From: a virus
Lineage: Duplodnaviria; Caudoviricetes
Length of the DNA: 26,491 nt
Strand: one strand, 5' to 3'
Virus record (IMG/VR): IMGVR_UViG_3300022890_000091
Span: 1 to 26,491 of that record
Shown here piece after piece: positions 16,279 to 24,117 of the stretch. The notes under the pieces are model-generated. The model saw nothing but the letters and a program-made list of their open reading frames with translations, did not search any database and was not told the origin of the DNA. The position numbers and the translations under genes were made by a program. Positions within the stretch are counted from its first letter, which is position 1, and every line of letters begins with the position of its first letter.

Positions 16279-16589
16279 GTGTTGTCTATGTGTGTAAAAT
16301 GTGCGGCCGTTCGATGCGGGCTGAAGAAAAACCAGCGTGTTGTTATTTTGATCACATGGACGCAATTGAAAACATCAGTGACGAGGATGCGGTCAAGATG
16401 GGGCTTAATATCCCAGAGGGCGAAATCTTTGAGTTCCCTGGGGATGTGAGGTGGGACCCGGTGACGGGAGAACCTGCCATGGTTACGCTCAAGAAGATTG
16501 AAACTGGATCAGGGTGGCCGAAACTTGTAGTGGAAGGTCGAACGCTTAGGCAGTTCCAGGACGCGATTATGGTGGAGGTGCGGGCGTGA
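16275..16589 (+). CDS. Hypothetical protein with an N-terminal Cys cluster (possible Zn ribbon)
   Basis: ATGA-coupled start with GGAGG RBS; YVCKMCG...PACC. Confidence 0.6.
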   Translation: MSVVYVCKMCGRSMRAEEKPACCYFDHMDAIENISDEDAVKMGLNIPEGEIFEFPGDVRWDPVTGEPAMVTLKKIETGSGWPKLVVEGRTLRQFQDAIMVEVRA

Positions 16590-17425
16590 TTAGCATCGCT
16601 ATAAATCTCGACACGCGCCCCGGATTCATGGAGCAGTCCACAAAACAGGGGACCATGCTCAACGGGACCCGTTCACTTGACTTCTTTACCGAGGGTATAA
16701 TCAACAAGGTCAAATTCTTCGAAGGCCATGAGATCGAAACGACTGTGTTTATTGATGTCCATGATCCGCTCCCAAAGGAAACGCAGGATTGGCTACTAAA
16801 CCAACAGGCAAATGGGATTATAGACAATCTGGTGTTCAACCGGCATACGGAGAAGTATTTGGGAGCGTTTGAACCGAAATGGAATGATATTAACTTTTTG
16901 AATGCCATAGTATTGACAAGGGGTGACTACCTCGTTCATTTTGATGGAGATATGAATGCCTTCATTAATGACAAAAATGTAATTAAGGAATGGCTTCAGT
17001 GGCTTGATGAGGAGCGGTTTGATTATATCAGTTATCCAAGTCAATATTCCCCGATGCCTGCAACGGATGGACGGTATAAATCGTATTGGTGGGCCTCGAC
17101 AAGATTTTTTCTCTGCAAGCGAAAGATTATCGACTATACGGAAATTGTCAAATGCCTGCGGAGTTCAGAATATCTTTACGGAAAATACGGGACCGAAGGC
17201 GAACCAAAAAACCCATGGCTTGAACATATCTTAGGGCTTATGACCAGTGGGCAGAACCGGGTGTTTTATCCACCGATACAATCTCAGCGATATTTAATCT
17301 TCGCATGGTCCAGTTACCTCTCAGGGGTATTGAAACAACTCAACGAATGGCCTTATAAGAAGGTCATCGAATATATCAATCATATCAGCTACCCATGTGA
17401 TTGCGCGGCAAAGGAGTTGAAATGA
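16586..17425 (+). CDS. Putative GT-A fold glycosyltransferase
   Basis: NAIVLTRGDYLVHFDGD (DxD after a hydrophobic strand); GTGA-coupled start; gene context. Confidence 0.6.
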   Translation: MISIAINLDTRPGFMEQSTKQGTMLNGTRSLDFFTEGIINKVKFFEGHEIETTVFIDVHDPLPKETQDWLLNQQANGIIDNLVFNRHTEKYLGAFEPKWNDINFLNAIVLTRGDYLVHFDGDMNAFINDKNVIKEWLQWLDEERFDYISYPSQYSPMPATDGRYKSYWWASTRFFLCKRKIIDYTEIVKCLRSSEYLYGKYGTEGEPKNPWLEHILGLMTSGQNRVFYPPIQSQRYLIFAWSSYLSGVLKQLNEWPYKKVIEYINHISYPCDCAAKELK

Positions 17426-18498
17426 AAATTATCCTAACAGGGAATTCTTTTCCATTTGGCGAGGGTCACGCATACGGGGGTGAACGTATTTTAGGCTATC
17501 TTACTCAAGAGTTGATTAAGCTCGGCCACGAAGTCTATCTTTTTGCCCGGGAAGGCACAAACGTTTCTGAAGCCACGGATTATATCCCAATAGGTCCGCT
17601 TTGTGATGATAGAGATGTCCATTACGAAGCGGTAAAAGAATACGTTGCCAAGACTGGCATAGAACCTGACATTTATTTCTGCGGATATTTCGGAAAGGGA
17701 GACCAGGGAGCATTAGAGCGATGGCCCTACGTGGAACTTATTTGGTGCAGATGGTCTCACGCAAAATTTGAATTTCCGAAGGTCAAGCCGTTCAATGTTG
17801 TGTCATATTCCAATTTATTACAACAGGATATGATTGACAGTGGTGTTCCCACCACCATGATTCATTACGGTCTCCCGAAGGATTTATACAAATTCCAACC
17901 TGACAAGGAAGATTACGCTGTCTGGATTGCAAAGGCTGAAGGTGGTAAGGCTCCCAGGCTTGGGGCTGAATTGGCAAGAGCGGCAGGCCTGAAATTGGTA
18001 TTTATGTGTCCTCCTTACAATACTGGGGTAATGTGGGATCAGGTGCTTCCCTATGTGGACAACAAGAATATCTTTTGGGTCCGTGGTGTAGATGATCAAA
18101 TGAAATATGAGATCATGAGCAAGGCAAAGGTTTTTTTATACACGAACTCAAACGAATGGCGCGAACACGCAGGGATTGTTTTACTTGAAAGCCTTGCCAT
18201 GGGAACCCCTGTAGTGGGGATGAACCGCATCAATCAAGATTGCGCTATTGTAACCGACAAAATCATCGAGCACGGCAAGCACGGATTTATCCTGAATTAT
18301 TACGATTCGAATAACTTGTCTGAAATTCTCAGCGTGGGTGTCCCGCTTATTAATCGAATTCACGAGATCGATCCGATTGACTGCCGGGAGCAGTTTGAAA
18401 AGCGATTTACCGCTGATTTAATGGCCAGGCGGTACGAATGGTTATTTGAGAGAGTGGCCTCGGGCGAACGATTTGGGACGGTGGAGGTGCCGTTTTGA
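17422..18498 (+). CDS. GT4-family glycosyltransferase
   Basis: YGGER...L...GHEVYLFA and EHAGIVLLESLAMGTPVVG; AGGAG RBS before ATG 17422. Confidence 0.9.
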   Translation: MKIILTGNSFPFGEGHAYGGERILGYLTQELIKLGHEVYLFAREGTNVSEATDYIPIGPLCDDRDVHYEAVKEYVAKTGIEPDIYFCGYFGKGDQGALERWPYVELIWCRWSHAKFEFPKVKPFNVVSYSNLLQQDMIDSGVPTTMIHYGLPKDLYKFQPDKEDYAVWIAKAEGGKAPRLGAELARAAGLKLVFMCPPYNTGVMWDQVLPYVDNKNIFWVRGVDDQMKYEIMSKAKVFLYTNSNEWREHAGIVLLESLAMGTPVVGMNRINQDCAIVTDKIIEHGKHGFILNYYDSNNLSEILSVGVPLINRIHEIDPIDCREQFEKRFTADLMARRYEWLFERVASGERFGTVEVPF

Positions 18499-18585
18499 TT
18501 TATGATGCTCAAATAGAAACCCAGCCAATGGGCCTGACCCACAAATTGCCATTGAATTTTATCGAAAAGAATTGGAGGACGGATC

Positions 18586-19296
18586 ATGAAAATAGCATTT
18601 GCAACAACGGTAACAAGAAATTATTTACCATACTTGAGGGCATTGCTGAACAGCATAAAAATTAATAGCCCTTCGGTCGCAGGCACCCCGTTCATCTGTT
18701 TTACCGGAACTAACGATACGGCAGAAATCAAAAAAAAGGAATCTGCCCTGAGTTGGAAAGAAAAGCAACAGCTTAAAGAGCTGTATCCCTCGGTTGAATT
18801 TAAGACCGTAGACGTGTCCAAGTATGTAGCTACTTCAAAGTTAACCCCTATTTTCTGGCGAATGGAAGTCTTTAATCTGCGCGGATACGACAAGGTGATA
18901 TTCATCGATGCGGACATGATCTGCTTAAAGGATATCTCCGGACTTTTGAACATCGAGTGTGATATTGGAACCACAGAGCAAACCAAGGGTTGGAAGGATT
19001 GGAATTGGGGATTATTCATTGTTGGCAGGAAGTACCTGAATTCCAAGACTTATAAATGGTTGCTTGATGCGAAACATGATCAGACAAAGCCAGCGGAACC
19101 CATGCACCTTTTTACGAAGCTGTTCGGGAAGGAGCTTTACGAGATCCCGCAGAAATACAACAGGATCGTTCCGCAGTTGAGTGTTGCTAAAATGTTTGAT
19201 AATGAAATGATACATTACATTTACAAGCCTCTCACGAAACTTGAAGGCCATATTAAACCGGAGTATCTGGAGTTATGGAAAAAGTACAGCGTCTAA
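18586..19296 (+). CDS. GT8-family glycosyltransferase
   Basis: YDKVIFIDADMI, NWGLFIV, PQKYN, MIHY motifs. Confidence 0.85.
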   Translation: MKIAFATTVTRNYLPYLRALLNSIKINSPSVAGTPFICFTGTNDTAEIKKKESALSWKEKQQLKELYPSVEFKTVDVSKYVATSKLTPIFWRMEVFNLRGYDKVIFIDADMICLKDISGLLNIECDIGTTEQTKGWKDWNWGLFIVGRKYLNSKTYKWLLDAKHDQTKPAEPMHLFTKLFGKELYEIPQKYNRIVPQLSVAKMFDNEMIHYIYKPLTKLEGHIKPEYLELWKKYSV

Positions 19297-19306
19297 TGGT
19301 GCATAA

Positions 19307-20512
19307 ATGAAGCCTGATATCACACTGATATTCTCATCCAGCCCATTTCTTCTTGACCAGTCGGTATTTCCGCCCTTGGGAATTCTATATCTATCAGCGT
19401 TTTTGAAACAATTTGACTTAAAAACCCAGTGTCTTGATATGGGACTTGGCCATACACCGGACATGGTGGAATCGGATGTTGTTGGGATTTCGTTTACCTC
19501 ACCTCAACGGTTAGAGGCGTTTGGGTTGGCAAACAAGTTCAACCACATGGGTAAACAGGTCATTGCCGGGGGTCCTCACGCTACACATAAACCTCAAGAG
19601 TGTCTTGGACGTGGCTTTACCCATGTGGTTCGGGGGCAGGGTGAGACAGGGCTGATGTTGTTTTTGTCTCAGATATTGAAAATGAATTTCAACGTACCGC
19701 TACAAATAGATATTGACGACATTCCTTTTCCTGACCGGGACGCATTACCAATACGCGATTATCATTATGAAATTGAGGGTATTCCGGCTACGCCTATTAT
19801 GACCACCCGGGGATGTCCATTCCATTGTGCTTTCTGTGCCAAGATAAATGATGACTTTCAGATTCAGTCTACTGAGCGAACCATTGCAGAGATTGAGCAC
19901 GTTCACGACAAATACGGATACAAAGCCTTTATGATATTTGACGATGTGTTTATTGCCAGCAAAAAGCGGCTTGGTAGAATAGTTGATCAAATTGGCGGGA
20001 AATATCTTTTCAGGTGTTTTGCCAGGAGCAACCTGCTTGACGATAAAGTATGTGAATTACTCAGTAAGCTCGGGGTTGTGGAAGTTGGTATAGGCATTGA
20101 AAGTGGATCTAATGATGTGCTTGAAAGAAACATGAAGGGGACTACCCGCAAAATGAATACCCGGGCCGTTGAGAGACTTCACAATCATGGCATTCGTGCG
20201 AAAGCGTTTTTAATTGTCGGGCTCCCCGGGGAAACAAATGAAACAGTGGTTGAAACTGCCGATTGGATTGAAGAAGTACGTCCGGATGATATCGACATTT
20301 CGATTTTTCAACCAATGCCTGGTTCAAGGATCTTCGCTGATCCTGCCAAGTGGGGAATTAAATTCAACTATAATGGCCAGCCAGGTTGGTATAAGGGTAC
20401 GCCAGGTCAATACGAAGCAAATATCGAGACAGAGGAACTTAATGCTGAGGAAATTGTTGCGTGGCGAGACATGCTTGAACTTGAATATAAACCGAGAGAA
20501 CTTTTGAGATGA
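19307..20512 (+). CDS. Cobalamin-binding radical SAM enzyme (class B methyltransferase-like)
   Basis: PPLGILYLSA and AGGPHAT (B12-binding domain); TTRGCPFHCAFC (CxxxCxxC); GIESGS; IVGLPGET. Confidence 0.92.
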   Translation: MKPDITLIFSSSPFLLDQSVFPPLGILYLSAFLKQFDLKTQCLDMGLGHTPDMVESDVVGISFTSPQRLEAFGLANKFNHMGKQVIAGGPHATHKPQECLGRGFTHVVRGQGETGLMLFLSQILKMNFNVPLQIDIDDIPFPDRDALPIRDYHYEIEGIPATPIMTTRGCPFHCAFCAKINDDFQIQSTERTIAEIEHVHDKYGYKAFMIFDDVFIASKKRLGRIVDQIGGKYLFRCFARSNLLDDKVCELLSKLGVVEVGIGIESGSNDVLERNMKGTTRKMNTRAVERLHNHGIRAKAFLIVGLPGETNETVVETADWIEEVRPDDIDISIFQPMPGSRIFADPAKWGIKFNYNGQPGWYKGTPGQYEANIETEELNAEEIVAWRDMLELEYKPRELLR

Positions 20513-20679
20513 TGATCTGGGTTTGTCCAAAATGTCATTATAAAAATGAAATCGAAGATGACAAACTTGATGATTATTGGTGTGAGAATTGCGGGCGGAC
20601 AATGGAAAAGGTAACAAGAGTTGAATGGGAAATTAAACCAACCACCTTTATGCCGCCCGATCCGAGGCATATATGTTGA
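20509..20679 (+). CDS. 56-aa zinc-ribbon protein, not in the ORF track
   Basis: MMIWVCPKCHYKNEIEDDKLDDYWCENCGRTMEKV...; ATGA-coupled to the radical SAM gene and overlaps the next start. Confidence 0.7.
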   Translation: MMIWVCPKCHYKNEIEDDKLDDYWCENCGRTMEKVTRVEWEIKPTTFMPPDPRHIC

Positions 20680-21059
20680 CACTATTTGTTGTTCAAAGTA
20701 GGGCAGATAAATTGGATTCAGCATTGGTGGTAAAATCATTTGAGGGATTAGCTGATGAAATTCATTTCGTGCCAAACATTCAGAGCATTAACGATAAAGC
20801 TAAGAAGAACGAATGGTATGCTGTGATCTACGATGATGAATATATTGATGAGCCGCTTAAAGAAGGGCTGAAGGTATTTATTGAGCAAAGTGAGGTGGAT
20901 GTGTTGGTATTGGGAAAACAGTCAAAGGATAAATTCTTTAAAGCGCCCAGGTTATTTCGACGCGCTGTTCAATTGGAGGAAGATTCGCTTATTCCTGTCA
21001 GGGCCGATTTAATGTTTGAAACCGTATTGAACGGGTGGGTTTATGATAACAATAATTAG
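20673..21059 (+). CDS. Minimal or degenerate GT2-like protein (128 aa)
   Basis: LADEIHFV...KNEWYAVIYDDEYIDEPL...APRLFRR resembles the GT2 core. Confidence 0.55.
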   Translation: MLTLFVVQSRADKLDSALVVKSFEGLADEIHFVPNIQSINDKAKKNEWYAVIYDDEYIDEPLKEGLKVFIEQSEVDVLVLGKQSKDKFFKAPRLFRRAVQLEEDSLIPVRADLMFETVLNGWVYDNNN

Positions 21060-21068
21060 GAGGGAAAG

Positions 21069-21593
21069 ATGGTAAGCCGAAGAGGTTTCTTGAAAGTAGC
21101 TGGCGGCACAGCAGCCTTGGCAGTTGTTAATCCTTTTAAGGCATTCGCTGGGTTTATTCCTGATGATATCAAAGAGGGTGAAAATGTATTTTCGTTGGGT
21201 TTAGGCAATGTTTGTATTGGCAGTGCCATTGCAAATCTTCATGAAAAAGATATTTGTTTAAAGAAAACTGGATTGGCAACGATAAAAATTCGGACCTTTA
21301 CTGATTTCAATAAACCAATGAATGGTTTCCCAACAGCTAACGATTTTCAAGTTTCTATGTCTTCTGAAATAGTAGCCGAGTGTTTCTTTAAAAAGGAGCC
21401 GAATATATTTGGGAGTGTCGGGCGTGTAGAAGTTGTTGTTATGTATCCAGATGGCCACAATTTTATGGCGATAATCTTCCCAAAAGCCCGAATGACAAGA
21501 AAGAAGGATATGTTTGTCTTTACATCTATTCCCGTGAAACACGAAACATGGAAAGATATGCCCCTTGGACGATTTTATTGGGATCGAAAATGA
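21069..21593 (+). CDS. Tat-signal-bearing paralog of the tail tube protein
   Basis: N-terminal SRRGFLK, hydrophobic stretch and AFA cleavage motif; the remainder aligns colinearly with 23477..24061. Confidence 0.8.
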   Translation: MVSRRGFLKVAGGTAALAVVNPFKAFAGFIPDDIKEGENVFSLGLGNVCIGSAIANLHEKDICLKKTGLATIKIRTFTDFNKPMNGFPTANDFQVSMSSEIVAECFFKKEPNIFGSVGRVEVVVMYPDGHNFMAIIFPKARMTRKKDMFVFTSIPVKHETWKDMPLGRFYWDRK

Positions 21594-22111
21594 TAACAAT
21601 CAAATTTAAAGAAGCGGATTTCCAGCGATACATGAGGGCGCTTACGAAACTTCAGCAGAGTGTAAAGCTGTTTGGCCAGGATGAAATGCAACGGCGGTGC
21701 GCGGTGGATTATTTTCAGCTACTTGTGAATAATATTAAAAAAAGGTACTTTCCACGACCTGCATACTCAATACGATATAGAAGCTGGAAGTATGAATATG
21801 GCTGGCAAGGCTATCCGTCTCCGTGGCGATTAAGGGGGGACCTGGTAGGCAGTCTGTCTGCGTTTAGGGCGCCTGATGGAAAGAGCTGGATTGGTGGGGT
21901 CCCGATAGGGGCAATGGACTCAGGAGGTAAGTCATGGTTTGGAAAGGGTTCAAAAGGGCCGAGCGGTGGTTCAAAATCAATAGCTATGTACGGATCTATT
22001 GAAGAGAAAAGAAGGCCGGTGTTTGGACCGACCGCAAGCGAGTATGCTGGGGCAGGCTGGTCGAAGCGTGGGCAGGAAGCGTTAAATAATCTAAGAAAGG
22101 CGTGGGCATAA
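21590..22111 (+). CDS. Putative neck / tail-completion protein (HK97 gp10-like position)
   Basis: ATGA-coupled start at 21590. Basic protein with LRGDLVGSL, YGSIEE and RPVFGPT motifs; upstream of the tail terminator. Confidence 0.65.
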   Translation: MITIKFKEADFQRYMRALTKLQQSVKLFGQDEMQRRCAVDYFQLLVNNIKKRYFPRPAYSIRYRSWKYEYGWQGYPSPWRLRGDLVGSLSAFRAPDGKSWIGGVPIGAMDSGGKSWFGKGSKGPSGGSKSIAMYGSIEEKRRPVFGPTASEYAGAGWSKRGQEALNNLRKAWA

Positions 22112-22112
22112 A

Positions 22113-22322
22113 ATGAAATTTATAATTAGAATACATTCATGGGTAACTTGGTTGATCCAGCATCTTCCTAAATATCGGTGTGCAAACGGTAATCACACTT
22201 GGCTATGGAGTGGTGCTTCAAAAGCAACAAGGCCAGACCCTCTTTCGTTTTGTAGATGTGGAAAACATCAGTGGTGGGAAGTTGAAAAGAAACACCAAGA
22301 GTTAAATAATGCAAGTTCTTAA
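22113..22322 (+). CDS. Hypothetical protein with C-x4-H...C-x-C motif
   Basis: RCANGNHTW...FCRCGK; tightly packed in the operon. Confidence 0.55.
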   Translation: MKFIIRIHSWVTWLIQHLPKYRCANGNHTWLWSGASKATRPDPLSFCRCGKHQWWEVEKKHQELNNASS

Positions 22323-22530
22323 TATAGAACCCAAAGACATCCATGTTACTATTGATCTAAGTATTAGGGAAATCAAAATGCTATTGAAAGCATTAGATAG
22401 AGTTAAGATCGATTATGACGGAAAGAAAGAGCCGGACATGATAGAGGCCGCCGGGTTTTTGAAACTGTTTTTTAAGTTTCTATCTGAGGTCGAGGAAGAG
22501 ATTGGACCACCTAAGCGTAATGCAGCGTAA
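22309..22530 (+). CDS. Hypothetical protein (73 aa)
   Basis: ORF overlapping both neighbours. Confidence 0.6.
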   Translation: MQVLNIEPKDIHVTIDLSIREIKMLLKALDRVKIDYDGKKEPDMIEAAGFLKLFFKFLSEVEEEIGPPKRNAA

Positions 22531-22675
22531 AGAAGCCTTGGACGATGTGATTTATCGGGCGATTATCCATTTTGAATCGGAGACGGGTGTTTCGGTTTTA
22601 GGTGTTAATGTGAGCAGGGTAGACAAAACAGCCTGCACCAGCGTATCAACAGAGGTTAAAGATAGATGGCTTTAG
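22520..22675 (+). CDS. Hypothetical protein (51 aa), not in the ORF track
   Basis: MQRKEALDDVIYRAIIHFESETGVSVLGVNVSRV...; fills the gap and overlaps both neighbours. Confidence 0.5.
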   Translation: MQRKEALDDVIYRAIIHFESETGVSVLGVNVSRVDKTACTSVSTEVKDRWL

Positions 22676-23136
22676 ATAATACTGCGAAGGAAAGTAACAT
22701 ACGAGATTCGATAAAAAAGTTCTTTATCGATTCACTCTATACTGCCGAAGGCGTTCAAGTCACATTCGACCGATATCTCAGTACTCCGGATGTCCGTTCA
22801 AAATCAGTGGATCGATGGGTGTCCATTAACTTCGGCGGGATGGAACTCAGTGAGTTGTCGTCTCATATGCTCAACATCTATTGCTGTACCCGGGCAGACG
22901 GTGAAGGGTTTAAGTTGGCCCAGCTTCGGGACAAAGTTTATAAATATTTAACTGACAATACTCAGACTGATGGTATGGCCCGGATTACTTTTTACCGTAG
23001 CCGAGCCGATGGTAATTGGACGGGGATAGGGTATTTTATTGTCCAGGACGTTATTGAAAGCCAGCAATTTGAGGCAGATGATGGCACAAAATACAAAATC
23101 TTAACAGCGAGACTCAGGTTTTCATCAAAGGTTTAA
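22666..23136 (+). CDS. Putative tail terminator protein
   Basis: 156-aa alpha/beta protein (LNIYCCTR...LAQLRDKVYKYL) just upstream of the tail tube gene; synteny. Confidence 0.6.
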   Translation: MALDNTAKESNIRDSIKKFFIDSLYTAEGVQVTFDRYLSTPDVRSKSVDRWVSINFGGMELSELSSHMLNIYCCTRADGEGFKLAQLRDKVYKYLTDNTQTDGMARITFYRSRADGNWTGIGYFIVQDVIESQQFEADDGTKYKILTARLRFSSKV

Positions 23137-23137
23137 T

Positions 23138-23368
23138 ATGGATAAGAAGATTTTCGTTACTTGCGAGAAATGTGGAAAGCGTTTAATCGAGCGGTTGCCG
23201 AACGGATTATGGCGATTCTGTTTTGGGCGCAATCCTGAAGATCCCGGGAAGCCTCCGGTTGACATTCTTATTCATGGGAACCTTCAAATAAAATGTCTGC
23301 GGCGTACTTGCGGGCATGTCAACACTTTAAACTATCTTCCTTTCAAGGAAAATAGAGACGCTGCTTAA
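23138..23368 (+). CDS. Second Com-like zinc-finger protein (76 aa)
   Basis: VTCEKCGKRL...LQIKCLRRTCGHVN follows the CxxC...IKC..C..VN pattern. Confidence 0.7.
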   Translation: MDKKIFVTCEKCGKRLIERLPNGLWRFCFGRNPEDPGKPPVDILIHGNLQIKCLRRTCGHVNTLNYLPFKENRDAA

Positions 23369-23374
23369 AGCCCT

Positions 23375-23476
23375 TCAATCAGTTCTACTCTGAATCTTAC
23401 CTCAATCGGTCTATCCGAAAACTCCGACTTATAAATGTAATGTTGTGAATATTGGTTCACAGAAAGGAGTTTTACT
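23375..23476 (+). promoter_or_regulatory. Structured leader of the tail tube gene (anti-SD pairing plus imperfect direct repeat)
   Basis: AAAACTCC (23418-23425) is the exact reverse complement of GGAGTTTT (23466-23473, the SD). Inner TGTGAA/TTCACA hairpin (23444-23461). Repeat TCAATCAGTTCTACTCTGAA / TCAATCGGTCTATCCGAA. Confidence 0.55.
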
Positions 23477-24061
23477 ATGGCAAGATCAGGTCCCGTAGCG
23501 ACAGATACGACAACTATTGCGCTTGGATTGGCGCAAATACGAGTTGGTAGTTCGTCTGACAATATTACCAAACCTGGAGCTGAACTGTCTTCCAGTGATT
23601 CGATTGGAGCCTTGGCGAATACTAAGTTCACCGGGAATACCGATTGGTACAAACTGGAATCAGGCTTTCCTCTAATTGAGGATTATACCACGCCTATCAG
23701 GGAAGGAGCTATGCTGGAGTGTGCGTTTAAGGAGATCACTCCGGAGCACATGGCTCTGGCTCATGGTGATGACATCAGTGGAGGTGGATATGATGTCCAT
23801 TCTGGTGAGGTTACGTTAGGTAGCCGATCTGCTCCCGATTACGTGCGGATGGAAGCGGTATACACTTATCCTGACCAGTCAAGCACTATGATCATTATCT
23901 TCCCGAGGGCGCAGGTGTCAGCGAACGTGGAGATGGATTTGCAGTCTGAGACTGCTGCTGCTGTTCCGATTACATTTGAGTCCAAGAATGCGTCAAGTGA
24001 CGTTACGGACGGCGATGCAATTTGGGATGACAAAGCCCTTGGTCATATCCTTTGGGCATAA
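23477..24061 (+). CDS. Major tail (tube) protein
   Basis: 194-aa acidic beta-rich protein with a strong RBS, directly before the chaperone and tape measure genes; IIFPRAQVS...VPITFES motif. Confidence 0.8.
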   Translation: MARSGPVATDTTTIALGLAQIRVGSSSDNITKPGAELSSSDSIGALANTKFTGNTDWYKLESGFPLIEDYTTPIREGAMLECAFKEITPEHMALAHGDDISGGGYDVHSGEVTLGSRSAPDYVRMEAVYTYPDQSSTMIIIFPRAQVSANVEMDLQSETAAAVPITFESKNASSDVTDGDAIWDDKALGHILWA

Positions 24062-24074
24062 ACCTTTAAAATAA

Positions 24075-24101
24075 TTGTGGTGGGCGTTGTGCTCATCACA
24101 A
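24075..24101 (+). other. RNA hairpin after the tail tube gene
   Basis: TTGTGGTGGGC-GTTGT-GCTCATCACAA forms an 11-bp stem with two G-U pairs and has no U-tract; likely an mRNA stabiliser or pause site. Confidence 0.55.
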
Positions 24102-24117
24102 AATAAGGAGAATTATC

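Noticed and set aside
18495-18666. Possible TTG-start ORF (MIYDAQIETQPMGLTHKLPLNF...) after GGAGGT
   Set aside because: It overlaps the GT8 gene extensively and has no motif; it could be a gene remnant but cannot be supported.
10426-21059. Island as a host LPS/O-antigen locus or a DNA hypermodification cluster
   Set aside because: It is embedded in and coupled to virion genes, lacks wzx/wzy/ABC export genes, and has no neighbouring nucleotide-modifying or replication genes. Disfavoured rather than excluded.
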